DNA of 64,000 nucleotides. Source: Macrostomum lignano (taxonomy: Eukaryota). Every line of letters starts with the position of its first letter. Position 1 is the first letter of the stretch. The notes under the pieces were generated by a model. It was not told the origin of the DNA, did not search any database, and saw nothing but the letters and a program-made list of their open reading frames with translations. Made by a program: the position numbers and the translations under genes. Positions 62,471-64,000 of the stretch are shown piece by piece. The DNA lies in the NCBI GenBank assembly GCA_002269645.1, contig NIVC01001823.1, positions 1-64,000 on the forward strand. Reading direction: 5' to 3'.

Positions 62471-62642
62471 GATGAGCCGCGTAACAGCTGCCGCTGAGCT
62501 GTCGGTTGTACACTCCTGTGTGAGTGTGTGCCTGCTCAGGACAATATCGCTTAAAATGCACCATGGTTCACACGGCTCTTTGCCTCTAGTAAAAAGCTGA
62601 AAGAGATAAGCCTAAGCCTGATGTTGCAAAGAAGCAACGCAC

Positions 62643-63171
62643 CTGCTAGGAAAGTGCCCAGCCGACTGGCGTTCTCCTTCAGCGTGCTGGCCCACTGGTG
62701 GCAGCACAGGGCGGGCACCCCGGCCAGAGTCATCAGCAGGGCCGTCTCCACCGGTTTCTCCAGTCTGAGCTGGTCGCTTCGCTTCACAACGTCGATTTTG
62801 CTCTGCCGCAGGAAGCTCTGGCTGGTCTGGGCCATGTCGAACAGGGCCACCAGGCGGCAGTCGGTCAGGCCCAGACTGGCCACCGCGTGTGGCGGCACGT
62901 AGGCCAGGAATCGCTCCATGCCGTAGAAAATGAAGCCGGTGCCCTCGCGAAGGTAGACTTCGTACTCGCCGACGCTTGGCGCGTGGTCGTCGCCGGTGAC
63001 GCCGAGCCAGCGCGGCGTGAACTGCTGGGCCCTCTCCGGGCGCTCCATCATGGCTCGGAACTGGTCCAGCGGCTTCCACTGCTCGGTTTCGGCGCAGTCT
63101 AAATAAGGATCGACCACGTGACGGATGTGGCTCGTGTCCACGGCCAGGTGTCCTGGAGGAACCGGGCGCAC
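62643..63171 (-). CDS. CFAP46: CFAP46 (TTC40)-like exon, C-terminal CHAT-like region
   Basis: VVDPY..FTPRWLG..GDDH.PS.GE..GFIFYGMERFL..L.DC.L..L.D...QS..LEKPVETALL..LAGV...HQW..TL.EN resembles CFAP46 as I recall it (VVDPY, FTSRWAG, GFFFYGMESFL). Clean cccAG acceptor and G|GTGCGT donor. Confidence 0.8.
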
Positions 63172-63436
63172 CTGGGAAGCGTGGAGAATTTGCTTATCAT
63201 TCAACTGAGACACGATGATTGCTCGAAATTAGAAAGGTCAGGTCTGGTGATGGTGAGCCAACGTCTGCTGGTGGACTGAACGGCGTTGAGGGCCAACCCC
63301 CAAGGCACAGTGGCAGTACGTATCCGCACGCTTGTGCGCTTGCTCAGGAGAGTCGGCAGAATGGGCAGCAATGCCTCTCGCCGGTTGTGCGACAATGTCG
63401 CTTACAGTGCGCCAGGGTTCACGCAGCCCCACTCAC

Positions 63437-63604
63437 CAGCGGGATGATCTTGCTCTGCTTCTTGCTGGCATCGCGCAGGCCGGGGATCCTGCTGATGGCT
63501 TTGGAGGCCTTGTCCTTGCCCGCCTTGCCGCCCGCGCCACCGCCGCCGCCGCCGCCCACTTCTTCTTCTTCTTCTTCTTCTCGCTTTTTGTCGCCTTTCG
63601 GCAT
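63437..63604 (-). CDS. CFAP46: CFAP46-like exon (KASKAISRIPGLRDASKKQSKIIPL); 5' boundary uncertain
   Basis: Donor CTG|GTGAGT at 63436, phase 0 joins VRPVPPG at 63171. No convincing acceptor found; in-frame stop just upstream of ATG 63604. Confidence 0.5.
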
Positions 63605-64000
63605 AGCTCACCGGGAGTCCCTTACTCCAGCTCTTACGCTTCGCATTGCCGATCTTGTCTCTCTCGCCTGCTCTCTCCGGTGATTCACGATGGTTTTGTT
63701 TAAAGAGGTCCCACGGTTCGTTATGCCGTGGTCACTCTGCCGGGTGCGGTTTTGCCCGCGGGACGTGGTTTTCAAATCACGGCCGCGGGCCTCACCGCCC
63801 CCCCGGTTCCTTATTTGCCAGACTGGCACGCCAGTCTGCCCGCTTGGCACCAATCGTGGAGGTTGGGAACCATCGCCAAGCGCCGCCCACCGCGGCAGCT
63901 CTCTGGTCGTCGTCTTCTTCATCGTCGCCCGCTCCGCCGCCCGCGCCGCCGTCCTCGTCCAGCAGGTGCTTGGAGCCGAAGAGGCGACGCGCCACCAGCT

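Overview
Eukaryotic (metazoan) genomic DNA with GT-AG introns, Ala/Gln-rich proteins and roughly a quarter of the window in micro/minisatellites. The style suggests a free-living flatworm such as Macrostomum (inference only). Genes I could splice by hand: (1) the 3' part of a CELF3-6/unc-75/bruno-3 RNA-binding protein gene (+, 82-13608) with a probable internal alternative first exon; (2) a GAS2-family CH+GAR gene (+, 28227-35428) whose last intron is 3 kb of adenine-free (TCTG)n; (3) a decayed two-ORF Penelope-like retroelement (38807-45420) with an SGNH-fold ORF1, RT, GIY-YIG endonuclease, pseudo-LTRs, three minimal hammerhead ribozymes and an A_AAA_AAC slippery site at the ORF1 stop; (4) an intact 4-exon, 1307-codon gene (+, 50457-56399) fusing a myristoylation motif and a recently expanded, position-variable 99-bp ankyrin array to a Mab-21/cGAS-like (cGLR) nucleotidyltransferase with catalytic residues retained, which is the best candidate for a novel system; (5) a secreted WSC+PAN/apple gene frameshifted by a 58-bp tandem duplication; (6) C-terminal exons of CFAP46 (-). 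Also three tRNA-derived CORE-SINEs, a hAT-type MITE with an 8-bp TSD, and foldback-like elements. No CRISPR, rRNA or intact tRNA genes. All domain calls come from motif recognition, not database searches.
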